Notes under the pieces: generated by a model
Database searches by the model: none
What the model was told of the DNA's origin: nothing
Seen by the model: the letters and a program-made list of their open reading frames with translations, nothing else
Source: Ruditapes philippinarum
Taxonomy: Eukaryota
Assembly (NCBI RefSeq): GCF_026571515.1
Contig: NW_026866227.1
Span: 62,001-126,000 of the forward strand
DNA: 64,000 bases
Reading direction: 5' to 3'
Translations under genes and position numbers: made by a program
Shown: positions 24,050 through 35,747 of the stretch, piece by piece
How the letters are laid out: each line of letters begins with the position of its first letter
Position numbering within the stretch: the first letter of the stretch is position 1

Positions 24050-26374
24050 TCAGCTTAATTGTTGAAACTCTATGTCTACGACTGACAGTGCACTGCTGGT
24101 CCCATGCAGGCTCCATTCGCCAACAAAGGTATTTTGAGCTCTTAGATTTACCTTTTGTACTTGCGGTTCACCAAGTTTTTCACGTATTTTGTTCATAATT
24201 TTACGGTCATGATTCCTGAAATTAACACAAGGTCCGACACGGAGAAACGCTTTCACTTGAGCATGATTAATGTTACTGGCGGAAACATAATCAAAATTAA
24301 CAAGGACGATCTTTTTACATCTGTTATTTCTAAAATTATTCCATGCGTATTTCCATTCGCAGACAGTTGTTGGGCGTTCATCGTCATCCGTATGGAAGTA
24401 ATTGTTTGTCAGTATAACCAAAACAGCACGTGAGCGTTCAATTGCGTGTATAGCTTGATCCTCACGTACACCTCCAAAACAAATATCTCTATAGGGAATA
24501 AAAACTTTATATCCCAGCTCGGTGAGATAGTTGTCAAGATATTTATTGACCCAAGATAAACTATCATTATTGTTCTCATCTAGCGTAATATACACGTCAT
24601 ACAAAAATTCAGGGTGTGTCATATAATTATCCTTTCTCTTCCTTCTAATTTGGAGGTAAACAATAAGAACCTCGTATCTTAATTTATATATAACAACAGC
24701 AGACGCTATACAGAGGGCAATTATTCCTCCTATAATGCTACTGATCATTGTAACCAGAATATTCGGCTCCGAGCAATCTAAATCATCTACGTTAAATGAA
24801 CTGGCTGGGATAATTCCTTTTCCTGGTACATAACAATAAAACTGACCGCTTTTACAAGCTTTCGATTTCAGCCATTCGGCAATCCATTGAGAGTCACAGT
24901 CACAATCTATGGTGATGTCATCAATGATGATTAAGCAAGCGTTCCGGTATTGAAAAGTTTGCGGTAGTCTAAGAAGACGATCATTGAATCTTAAATCTAT
25001 AACTGCCGCCTCAAGCTGCCTTGCTATATTGTCATTTATTTCACGGATATCGTTATTACTTAAATCTAAGTTTGACAATTTTGACAAATACGGCTCATCA
25101 GGTATGTATTTTATTGCATTACCAGACAAATTCAGAGATACCTGTGATGAATATGTGGAATTTGGAATGGTAGGGAAATGTCGAAGAGCTGGGATTGCAT
25201 TTGAACAGTCTATGATTAGAGTATCTTTGTTCGGTTCATCAACGCATGTACATTGTGGTGATTGACATCCTGAATCTGCACCGAGTGGACAAACTAAATC
25301 TGACAGATTCAAATTTGGAATAGAGACATCCATAAGCAGTTCTGGGGCTGTACATACTACCTCAAAATAATCCTGCCAAATAGCTTCAATTACATCTTTT
25401 GCCAACGACAAAAACGGCTGTAAAGCACAGTCGCATACTATTGGTATCCCCCTTAAGTCAAATCCGAAATCCCAGACTTTACCTAATATGCTGATGTCGT
25501 CTATATTCAGAAGCGATTCCAAATCAGGAAATTTTTGAAGGGAATTATCTTGAAAGTTTAAAAATCCGGGTCCATAAATTTTACTAGTATCCAATTTAAA
25601 CTCGGCATGGTTAACAAATTCATTTATTTCATTTGATGCGGCGTTAATTTCACAAAACGGAAATGGTGGCATAATGTTAGACACATCAATAGTTTTTAAC
25701 TGATTTTTACTTATGTCTGCATACAGTATGTGTTGATTTGTAGAGGAGAAAGTATTTGGTTCCAGCACTGTCAATTTATTACCGTCTAATCTTAGAGTTC
25801 GCAAATGTGAAAGGTTTACAAAAGACGTATTTGACAAGTATGAAATACTGTTGTACCGTAAATTTAACTCATCGAGCTTATACAAACAACTGATGTCCGC
25901 TAGTACTTCTATGTCGTTGTATTCAAGGTTGATAAGCACTATTCTATCTCTGTAGACAGAAATATTTGAAAATGAAGTAAACAAAGCTCCTAAGTTTGTA
26001 TAGTTAACGTCTTTGCATAAATTAACTGGGAACTCTTTCATTTCTGAATGACTTCTGTATATCTTGTAAACGTTGGATTCCGAGGATTGATTGTTTGATA
26101 GCACAATGTTTTTTCCAGTGATTGACAACTCTTCTATATATAAATCAATTTCTTCTCCCATCCACGAGGTACACGAGTTGCACGAGCAACAGTTCTCTTC
26201 CGCGCTTTCGTCAAAACATTTGTTATCACAATAAAGATCGTCTCTGTTGTTAGACCAAGATGGCGTCCATGGCTTTGCGTTACCATCATTACAACCAAAG
26301 GCATTTGTTGCCAATGGTGACGTAATAATGATTAGAAGTAAGAAAATAAATCTTACTATTTTAAGAGCACACGT
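24050..26374 (-). CDS. Toll-like receptor, multi-cysteine-cluster (protostome) type, copy 1; expected start codon reads ACG
   Basis: Uninterrupted ORF: signal peptide, Cys-rich cap, LRRs (LxxLxLxxNxI), LRRCT (PIVCDC), LRRNT (CQSPQCTC..IDCS), further LRRs, LRRCT (CDCDSQW), TM (ILVTMISSIIGGIIALCIASAVVI) and TIR (YDVYI, KVFIPYRD, AIERSRAVLVILT, CEW). Acceptor TTTTCAG at 26386-26385. Confidence 0.9.
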   Translation of the reverse strand, partial: TCALKIVRFIFLLLIIITSPLATNAFGCNDGNAKPWTPSWSNNRDDLYCDNKCFDESAEENCCSCNSCTSWMGEEIDLYIEELSITGKNIVLSNNQSSESNVYKIYRSHSEMKEFPVNLCKDVNYTNLGALFTSFSNISVYRDRIVLINLEYNDIEVLADISCLYKLDELNLRYNSISYLSNTSFVNLSHLRTLRLDGNKLTVLEPNTFSSTNQHILYADISKNQLKTIDVSNIMPPFPFCEINAASNEINEFVNHAEFKLDTSKIYGPGFLNFQDNSLQKFPDLESLLNIDDISILGKVWDFGFDLRGIPIVCDCALQPFLSLAKDVIEAIWQDYFEVVCTAPELLMDVSIPNLNLSDLVCPLGADSGCQSPQCTCVDEPNKDTLIIDCSNAIPALRHFPTIPNSTYSSQVSLNLSGNAIKYIPDEPYLSKLSNLDLSNNDIREINDNIARQLEAAVIDLRFNDRLLRLPQTFQYRNACLIIIDDITIDCDCDSQWIAEWLKSKACKSGQFYCYVPGKGIIPASSFNVDDLDCSEPNILVTMISSIIGGIIALCIASAVVIYKLRYEVLIVYLQIRRKRKDNYMTHPEFLYDVYITLDENNNDSLSWVNKYLDNYLTELGYKVFIPYRDICFGGVREDQAIHAIERSRAVLVILTNNYFHTDDDERPTTVCEWKYAWNNFRNNRCKKIVLVNFDYVSASNINHAQVKAFLRVGPCVNFRNHDRKIMNKIREKLGEPQVQKVNLRAQNTFVGEWSLHGTSSALSVVDIEFQQLS

Positions 26375-26524
26375 TCTTGTAAATCTGAAAATATAGAAAA
26401 ACAATGTCTGAAATGTTTTAAAAATAAGTCAGTCATTGCTAACTGTACGGAAGAGGGAGAACATAGTCAGATATTATGACATACTAAAATATCATATGTA
26501 AAAGAACATTCCAATATAAAGTCA

Positions 26525-26850
26525 GAGAAAGATCGTATTCGACAGTGTCGTTTTTGTTGTGTCGCATTGAACAAAAAGTGACATTTAGGGATTCCGTTTG
26601 TCGGCGGCGTCGTTGTCGGCGTCGGAGACGACGGCGTCCCCTTAGGCTTGTCTGGAGCATAACTCAAGGTCACTTTTAGTCGGATTGACTCCAAACTTGG
26701 TATGCATGCTTCTTTTAACAACCTGAAGTGCAATGCACAAGAATTTTTACTCTGCACTTCTTAATTTTAGAGTTATTGCCTTTTGTTAATTTTCTTACTT
26801 AATAGGCTTGTCAGAGCGTAACTTGGTCACTATAAGTTTGATTGACTCCA
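26525..26850. mobile_element. HINE-like element upstream of TLR copy 1 (counterpart at ~48335-48700)
   Basis: GC-rich (CGGCGT)-like microsatellite after TTTTTGTTGTGTCGC, followed by repeated ATAACT..GGTCACT..GATTGACTCCAAA units. Confidence 0.5.
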
Positions 26851-27799
26851 AATCTGGTATTTGGTTACTTGTTAAAGACTTTATGTAAACTAATTATTCT
26901 AGAACATTGATATGGTATTAATCTACTTATAACATAAATACATATATATGACGTTTGAATCTGATACTGTGTTGACTTATTGAAGAGAACAGAACAGAAC
27001 AAACTCTTTATATAACATTCTCATAAGTACAGTATGAGGAAAATAAAAAACAAAACAGATTAAATTTTGACATACTATTGAGTAATGGGGTGTTTCAGTA
27101 CAAGGGGCGATTTTTGCCGTGGCTGACCATAAATGAAATGAGCATGGTTTTATTCTAAAGTTTTTCATTTATTTACGCTATTTTGATCGACCTTTATGTA
27201 CATAGATAGATGTATAAAACATCAATCCCTGGGGGGGGGGGGGCAACACTACAATAATAATTACTGCTAACATGAGATCAGGATGACAACCTGTGAATGA
27301 ATCGCACAATAAATTAGACTCATCGTCGAACTTAAGCTAGACCACTGGATTGAGAGATAGACACTTAAACCAATAGGCCATCTTTATCCTTTATTTTAAA
27401 TTGAAACAGGTACTGATAATAGAATTTATCTTTCTTGCTTCACTTTCTTACTGAACAGTATTATCAGATTTATTCTCATTGATATAATACACGGCCATTT
27501 GTTGCTACTCCCTCTCACTGGCGAGGAATAGCAGGTACATTAAATTTTAGAGTATCAAAACCTTGGTTCAAATCCTGGCTCCACCCAGTGCTGACACTCA
27601 TATGGTAAAATCCTCTATAATTGACCATGCACAACAACTTGGCATTGCGTGAAAACTTGTGTTATTTCCCCTGTTCTCGCCGTACAATAGGTTTACAGGT
27701 GACAGGAGCATGACTTTATACTTGTGTTTTCCTAACTTGTTCATGAAATTTGAATTTTTAAATATATCAGCTAAATATACTAAATTGCTTCATTTGTAT

Positions 27800-27955
27800 T
27801 GTTCATAGACAAGACAGCAATTATTTCATTACAAATGTACCGTCTTAACACTTAACGTTAATAATTTGCAATACTTTTGTTCATAGACAAGACAGCAATT
27901 ATTTCATAACAAATGTACCGTCTTAACACTTAACGTTATTAATTTGCAATACTTT
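27800..27955. repeat. 78-bp tandem duplication specific to segment copy 1
   Basis: TTGTTCATAGACAAGACAGCAATT...TTTGCAATACTTT x2; single in copy 2 (~51030-51110). Confidence 0.85.
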
Positions 27956-28950
27956 GACATACTGGCCGGGCTCTTTATACTGGTGGCAAAGGCCAACCAT
28001 TACAGTTTCCAGTAGCTAAAGGTTAATGTTAATTTCCTTAAAATGGTTTATTTCAACTTTGTAACTATAAGCGATTTATTCCAATTTTCATGCATGTTAC
28101 ATATGTATCAAAAATGAAAATAAAAATCATCTTATCAAAATCTGTTTACTTCTTTCTGTATTTAGCATTGTGAATATATATAAATTAAACAACATCATTA
28201 TATAAATATATATAGATAAAACAACATCATTATATCAATATATAAACAAAACTGTATTACGTACCTCATTTCTTTTCACTTAAAAATTACCAGTTTGAAA
28301 TATTATGTACAAGTAAGGTTTTTTTCTTTAAGTCTGCGTTAAAAAGGGAATTCACCAGGTTTTTACTTTCTCTCGTTACAGTGGCTTAATTATGCATAAT
28401 TATAAGAAAACCAAGATCCTTATCGGTAATTAGAAACATGGCTTTACAATTGTAATGAGATCACATGAAAGCGTGATAATTATCAATGATTATCTATGGT
28501 GTACAGTCATTGATAATTGTACACTATATTATATCTATATAATGAACTAAATCCCCGTAACTTTCTTTATTTTAAATCGATCTACCATACTTAAACCCAG
28601 TTTTCAGCAATCGCGTACTCGAGTACGACTTTCCTTATGCAACCACTTCATCTGAAACTTAACGACTACAAAAATAAATTCAACTTAAGATTGGCATAAA
28701 CTTTCAAACAAACTAATATGATATGCATGTAAATAAAAGCAACAAGTATCAGCATTTCCAAAAATATTTCGAATCGTCGTTCAGGGCTGACCGTTACAGT
28801 TTATGCACACGTTGTATACAAACTTTCTAAATCAATTTATGCCTCGTCCGGTTCTTTATTTTACAGATACTAGTATTCAAAATACTTCAAAAAATCAACG
28901 AACTTATTCATCATATTAAAATACTTTTTATCATAAAATAAAAAAGGTGA

Positions 28951-29103
28951 TGTAGTATCTTTACCATACTGTTATCTTAGAACAGACTATAGCTAATCTA
29001 TACATGTAACCTGGCTGGAATAATCCGTCAGTCGTTGACCAGCTACACTTGTAGTAAGATCGCTTGATCATATCATTATATTACTAGTCTTGTAAATAAA
29101 CTG

Positions 29104-29134
<31 letters not shown>

Positions 29135-29186
29135 ATATCGGACTTTGTTATTATACTTGACTTTATTATATAGTTAAAACGATACA
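28951..29186 (+). mobile_element. LTR-like unit (236 bp) with flanking PPT-like and PBS-like motifs
   Basis: TGTA...TACA ends, internal AATAAA and (TA)n. Purine-rich tract AAAAAAGGTGA immediately 5' and TGGTGG 2 nt 3'. Region is absent from segment copy 2. Confidence 0.45.
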
Positions 29187-29471
29187 ACTGGTGGTAAACT
29201 AGATGTTCCCTATAACCTCTAGATCTCAGCAAGCAATATCAACACAATATCACAGGTGAGCAATACAGGTGATCTCTTTTTGTTATAATGTTAAATAATT
29301 TAGATTTACTCAAGAATGTCCGAATGTACACAATAGGCAAACGCAGCAACTTCCTGTGCTCGCAAGAAATAATACAGGTGGAATCATTAATTCTACAGTG
29401 ATCGGCCATATATCGTACAGTTTGTCTATAACTGATATCAATCTAGCCATGGTTATACAGCTAATTATATA

Positions 29472-31055
29472 CTACTCAACTGTTACTAAGCACCATATGT
29501 TTGAGTGTGATTTTTTTTTGGATTTGTACGAAAGTTATTAAATGTTGATTTACTGTTTTATCAATTTAGCTGAAGACCAAAGTAACCATATAAATGAGTT
29601 TTACGCTGCTTTTGTGCTGGAGAAGAGGATGACCCCTGCGCCCCCCTCTTTGAATATTTCAGAACATGCAGCGTGTTTTTCAAATTTGTTAAATTGGATT
29701 TTTTGTTTACAGTTTTAGACTAAATACCGTGTGTGTGACCCTTGACTATCAATGAGAGCTTGGCAGCGCCTTTTCAAAACTCCCTCTTATAGGTTTTTGA
29801 TCGTTCTAACGGATATGGCTCACCATTGTTGGACCAACATGGGTCAAGCTCCTGGATGGTTCTGGGTTGCAGCTGACGAGCTGAAATTCTAATCTGCAGC
29901 TCATTACACGTGTGTTCTATTGTATTTAAGTCAGGTGAGCAAGTTGGCGAGTTCATGCGCTCAATAGACTCCTCTAGGCAGTCCAGGACCACCCTGGCCG
30001 AATGGGGCGAGCATTATCGGCCATTAGAATGAATTGATCGCCGACTACTCAAGCATACAACCTATTTGGTTGTCTAAGATGTCGGACCTGTCAATGTGCC
30101 TCTATTAAGAACAACCAGCTCGATTCGTCCATCCCAGCTGATGCCTCCCCACACCATAACTGGCCAACATCTGTAGCGGTCATGCTAAGCAATATTTGCA
30201 GCCTGAAACCGTTCACCTCGTCTTCTCCAGACTCTAGAACGTTTAATCGTGAAGTCTCGGCAGAACGTGGGCTCATCAGTGAACAGAACGTGACTCCAAT
30301 GTTGCATGGTCAACCATGTATGCTCCATGATCCATTCCAAACGGGCCTAACGATGACGACACGTCAAGGGGAAAAGTTTGCAGGTCTTCCCGACCGCAAA
30401 TTACCTTCATGCAGCCTTCTACATTCCGTATGCGTGGAAACACGGACCGCCACAGCATTAGTAAGGTCATTTCGAAGAGCAGTTGCTGTCGAAAACCTTG
30501 TACGACGAGTCTGAATGACCAAAAACTGATCCTGAGCTTGTGTTAGCATTCGCCATATTGAAATGACAGATGTAAGAAATGTAAGCCACTGAATTAAAAT
30601 AAGCCGGTAATGTCGCCGTATAACAAAAGACATGAAATTGTATACCCCATCATAAACATGAAAATATTGGGGTGCATGCTTTCCATGCTACCTGGACGAA
30701 TTGTAAAGGATTAGTCAACGCGAATTCATGTCAAAATAGAAAAAAAAGAATCCCTAAAAAATTCCAACACGGAAGAATTGATAATGTTGCAGGCTCGGTT
30801 TGATTGAGCCTGTTCATGGACGGTACTGGTAAGTGCAAGTTACCGTCCACGCCCTCTAGCACCGGCTTAAGCAGAATTAAACATTTAAACGCGAAAATGG
30901 TGAAATTTTCAATTTAAAAACACCCGCAGATGTGTTCATACGGCGGTTATCATGGCACGTTGCTAAATCAGAATTATCGAAAATTGGGAAGAAATCTGTT
31001 TTATACTTGTGATAATATAAAAATTAACTTATGGTGCTTAGCTTAAGTTAAGTAG
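29472..31055 (-). mobile_element. Decayed Tc1 (DD34E-type) transposon, copy 1
   Basis: TIRs TA|CTACTCAACTGTTACTAAGCACCAT and ATGGTGCTTAGCTTAAGTTAAGTAG|TA. Frameshifted transposase fragments QDQFL..RRTRFSTATAL..RRLHE, VRWGGIS-like region, DNARP and SPDLNTIEH. Confidence 0.88.
30733..30953 (-). mobile_element. Structured repeat family A copy inserted in Tc1 copy 1
   Basis: Homologous to 20982-21203, starting at the same AAAATAGA end; TCATG occurs at both junctions. Confidence 0.85.
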
Positions 31056-32010
31056 TATATCTCTTTATACAAAACATAAAACTACGTATAATATCTCATT
31101 GATTTGTACAGCTCATTCACTATAGAAAACTTGAAACTACATTTCACTAATTGTGATATTCAAAGTTGAAAATGCCCGGTTATTCCCCAATATTATATTT
31201 CACCCAATCGAAAGATTTTCTATTATGTGTTATGATTTTATAACCTTAAGATATTATAAAGCTACTTAAATATTCATAATTGTCCATAATTGATTTATAA
31301 TAGATTTTTTGTATTATTATCAGGTATTTGTATTTAAAAATCTCTTAACATAGTGTTTAGTCTCTTCATTATAGGAATAGAGGGCGCCCTCTATCGGGTA
31401 AATATTTTTTTCCATTGTCTTTTTATATTTAGAACGTCGTAGTAAATTAAAGGGATTTTGATATAGTCTAATGAAGGTGTAAATAAATTACTTTTGCTCA
31501 ATTTGTGTTTTTTTATATTTTAATTTTGTGCAAAATAAAAATCGTTTAAACGCTGTAATCACAGATCGGTCTAACAGTGGCGCTAAACATCATTTTTTTC
31601 AATTTAATCCTAAAAATTCTACTTCTTTTTTGTCTTTTTCATATATTTTTCCGTTTTAAGTGCTCTAGTTTAATCGATATATTTTTTTTTAATTTTATCT
31701 TTTAGGGCTTTTGGACTTCAACGGAGCTCCTTTAAGTTTTTGCAATTTGAAGGCGAAGTTTTAGATATAGCTTTAAAAACCTATAGACTACACATTCAAA
31801 TTACACAAAATTACATGACACATGAAATGGTAGGGCGTGTCTGGTAACTTGATACATTACTGTATCTGCTTTGTACGCTGTCTACACTGTCTTTTCAGAA
31901 TATAGAGCTACTGGAATACTACTGTAAACTTTATTTGAAGGATTGAATTATCATGTCTTGCCGCCTGAATTAAGCAGTGTTGTTTATAATCGTATTTTGA
32001 TAGATTGAAC

Positions 32011-35000
32011 ATGTCTTGCCGTCTGAATTTAACAGTGTTGCTCATAATCGTACTTTGTGGAGATGCATGTTGCAGCACATGTTTCTTTGGAGTTTGTTCA
32101 TGGGCGGAATGGAAAACAGTTTCAACTAATTGCGGATCGTCATACTGCAGTCAACAAAGAGCGAGACAAATATGTTGTTTAGATATTGGATGGACTCATG
32201 AGACGTGTAGTCGGTATTGTCCGGGATCACCAGATAGTTCTCAGTCAGGGACCGGAGATTCCAGTACATTGACATGTAATCACTGCAGTAATGGCGGGTC
32301 TCTTCAATATTACGGACGGGCATGTGACTGTGTGCCAGGATACTACGGAACTTGTTGCCAATATGGTACGTTATTTAACGTGTTAATATACATGACACTT
32401 CAATCTCTGGTTCTATCTAGAACTACGGGGTGACCGCTGGTATAAAGCAAGCTTCTAAATCTTTCTATTCACTATACATAGCATTTAGTGCGGTATTAAG
32501 AATGTATTTTTTAGAAACAAAGTTGTTTATGGGAGTCTGATACGGCTGGTATTTGTTGAAAGGTAAGAAACTTCATATTAGTGAAGTCACAAACGCAATG
32601 GTTATTGATATTTTTTGTGATACTTATTATTTTAAACAACAAGAATATGTGTTTAAAATTACTTTTGTCCGATAGGATTGTAGTATTTCAATTGAATCTG
32701 AACACATTGACTCTGGTAAATCTGTCCTGTTTTACAATAATTTCAAACACTAATTTGACATGTAATTGATTTTTATTTTTTAATGAACACTTACTTATTT
32801 AAATAAAGTCTGAAATTGGTATAAAAGAAATGCCTTGGTCCATCAATGTTCAGCTTATGTTGATTCAGCTCTATCTTAATTAATATAGATTTAACATTGT
32901 ATTTAGTTATTTGCATTAAATCTGAAAGTTGCTAGCTTGTTTTAAATTCTATCTAAGAGGGTTTAATGTTGATTTCTTTATCATCTTTTACAATATATCA
33001 GGTTTTATATTTATATCAGGATTTAATATATTTATAGTCCAATCTTTATGTTATAAAAAAAACCCTGTTGTCACAATACAATATGAAACTTCAATAAAAG
33101 GTAACCAATGAGCGAACATCTGAATATGATATTTCTATCGCGCTATCCCTTTCTCTGTCGCCACAATAAGTAAACCCTACAAAAACACTTTTCAACACAT
33201 TTTCAACATAAAGTTTCCCAAACAATAATACAATACCTTTAATGGATAATGCATTCTTTGTTTAATATGTCAGTCATTTATTACAATAGAGATATACGAG
33301 TGCAGCAGTTCACCGTGTAAGAATGGAGGCACATGTATAGATAAAGTCAATGGATTCTTGTGCGAGTGTCCACCTAGACTCTATGGAACATATTGTGAAA
33401 CTGGTACGTGGTGACGAGTTTTAGAATCAGTTGGTAATATAAAAAATAGTTTAATTTAAGACTACATACAAACCATTTTGAAGATACTTGTATGTATGTT
33501 CTATTTTCAAAAAGTATACTTCCTGTTTTTATACATTTATATTCAAACCGATTTATGGTCATTTAAAAAAAAACTTTTAAAAATCACACATGGTTAAAGT
33601 AGTCACTTGTTAAACATTTCTTCCCCAAAGTGATCATACCTTTTGAAATTTAGATTCCAGTATTTTCAACATAATTAATTCATTTGTATATCATATTGTT
33701 CTTGTAACGTCAGTTTTTTCCACAATAAACAATATAATTACTTTTTTAAATACCTAAAGTAAATGTACAACATAAACTTTTTTAACTTAATCTTAATTAG
33801 TCTGATTCGTGATCACTTTAAAGCAATAGATAGTACAGGACTGCAAATCCATATAAGTTTATGCATATATTTTCAGATATATGCCAACCTTCTGTAGCTG
33901 ATATAGTGTTTGTCCTCGACTCTTCTATAAGTCAGACTGAGGATCAGTTTAAACAACAGCTACAATTCGTTGAAAAGTTTATAGATCATATTATTATTGG
34001 AGAGAATAATCTACAGGTAGGTCTGGTAACTTATTCCACTGAGGCTCATATAGACATTAAACTGAATCAGTACCAAGATAATGCCGAGTTAAAAGAAGCC
34101 GTAAGAAAGGTACAATACAAACCAGGTGCAACTTTCACTGACAAAGGATTGCGAGCTGCATTGGAGGTGTTTTGGATGGTGTCTCATATCAGGCCGTATG
34201 ACAAGGTGGCTAAACGTTTCGTTTTTCTGCTGACGGATGGCTTATCGACGAACAAAGCAGAGACAGAGAAAGCCGCTGTAGCTGTCAAGGCAGCGGTTGA
34301 TAGAGTATTGGCCATTGGTATGTGTATATATATATATAATCAAAAACTCAACATACACAATGGCAATTGTCTAAAATACCAAAATATATACCGTCCTCAA
34401 CTTATCTAATTTACGAAAAGCATGTGACCAATACATTGATAAGATACGTTGCAACGACCTAAATATAATAAACTAAAAGACAGTTTTTCCTCTGTCATGA
34501 AAAGTGTAAAGAAAGTATAGTCTACCATTACTACATTGGTTACATAATAGTGAAAGCAATTTCGCTTCATACGATGGTAAAACATTTCATATTTATTTTT
34601 AAAACATGACATATTTATTTTTAAAACATGACATTTCTATTGTTTAACACTAAAGGTATAGGCCAAGAAGTCAGTCACAGTGAATTACTGAAAATCGCTT
34701 CCACTGACAACACGAACAATGCAGGGAAATTCGTCCACTCTGTTCAAAATTTCAACGCACTATACACAATAGTACAACAGCTCGTGCAGCTCACGTGCGA
34801 CGGTATTTACAGTTATATCTCATTAGTTTGTTGTACTTTATAAATCAAGCCTATCCTTAAACATTTGTTGTGAAAGCACAATAACCAACAAAACAAGACG
34901 TTTCTTTTAATAAGGTTGTAAATTTTTCCTAAGAAATATCAGAACATAATGAAAAAAAAACAACATTTTTTTATCTTGTTTTAAATTGATGACAATCACA

Positions 35001-35747
35001 GATCACATAGTAAAACAGCATATAGTCGACTGATTGTACAATGATAGGATCATAAAATGAGCATGCCTTATTTAAGTTTTGTTTGTTTGTGTTTTTTCCT
35101 TTGTAGAATGTTCGTGGAAGACCTCTTCTAATATTGTATTTCTCCTTGATACATCCTACTCTATGACAAACGAAGATTTTCAGCTTGGGTTGGATTCTAT
35201 AAAATACATCACAGAACAAATTACTGTAACTGAGTCAGAGAACAATACCGTGGACGTGTCACTTGTACTTTACGGTAACAAACTAGAAGTAAAGAGAGCA
35301 TTAAACGACCAAAGTCCAAAGACAGACTTTCTGTACCAACTTCAAACCCTTGAGTTAGCTGAGGGATCTTGTAACATTGGAGGTGATGGGTGTCCAGATG
35401 CAGATCTTAGCCTGGCTTTGAACTATACCGTACAAAACGTGTTTGATCCCGATACAGTTTCAACTAATGACAGACGTGACTTTATCATTGTTCTCACCAA
35501 TGGTAGACAGAATATAAGTGAGACAATAAACAATGAAGTTGACTTTGTCAAGGGAACAGATAAGACCATTCTTGTTGTGTCGCTAGGCACTGCTGAACAT
35601 ATTAGGGACTTGCAAGTGCTAACTGACAACGTAGGTCTTGTGTTTACAGTCTTGGACAAAGAAATGTTGTCTGTGTTAGATGTTCTAGTTTCAGAAATAT
35701 TTTACAATACATGTGAGCTCACAAACGATTTCCTCAATAACGATTAA
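32011..35747 (+). CDS. Secreted Cys-rich/EGF/2x von Willebrand A protein (matrilin/collagen-VI-like vWA), copy 1, 5 exons, 565 aa
   Basis: Exons 32011-32365, 33290-33403 (EGF: [34 protein letters not shown]), 33877-34317, 34656-34802 and 35107-35747. All introns GT-AG, phase 1; 1698 nt. vWA1 [12 protein letters not shown]...GATFT...LTDG; vWA2 [11 protein letters not shown]...LTNG. Hydrophobic N-terminal signal peptide. Confidence 0.88.

Noticed and set aside
31378-31395. Perfect palindrome ATAGAGGGCGCCCTCTAT (also the near-palindrome CACGGATTTATATTATAAATCCGTG at ~49740)
   Set aside because: Both lie inside copy-specific indel or TE segments, so they are unlikely to be conserved regulatory sites of the cassette.
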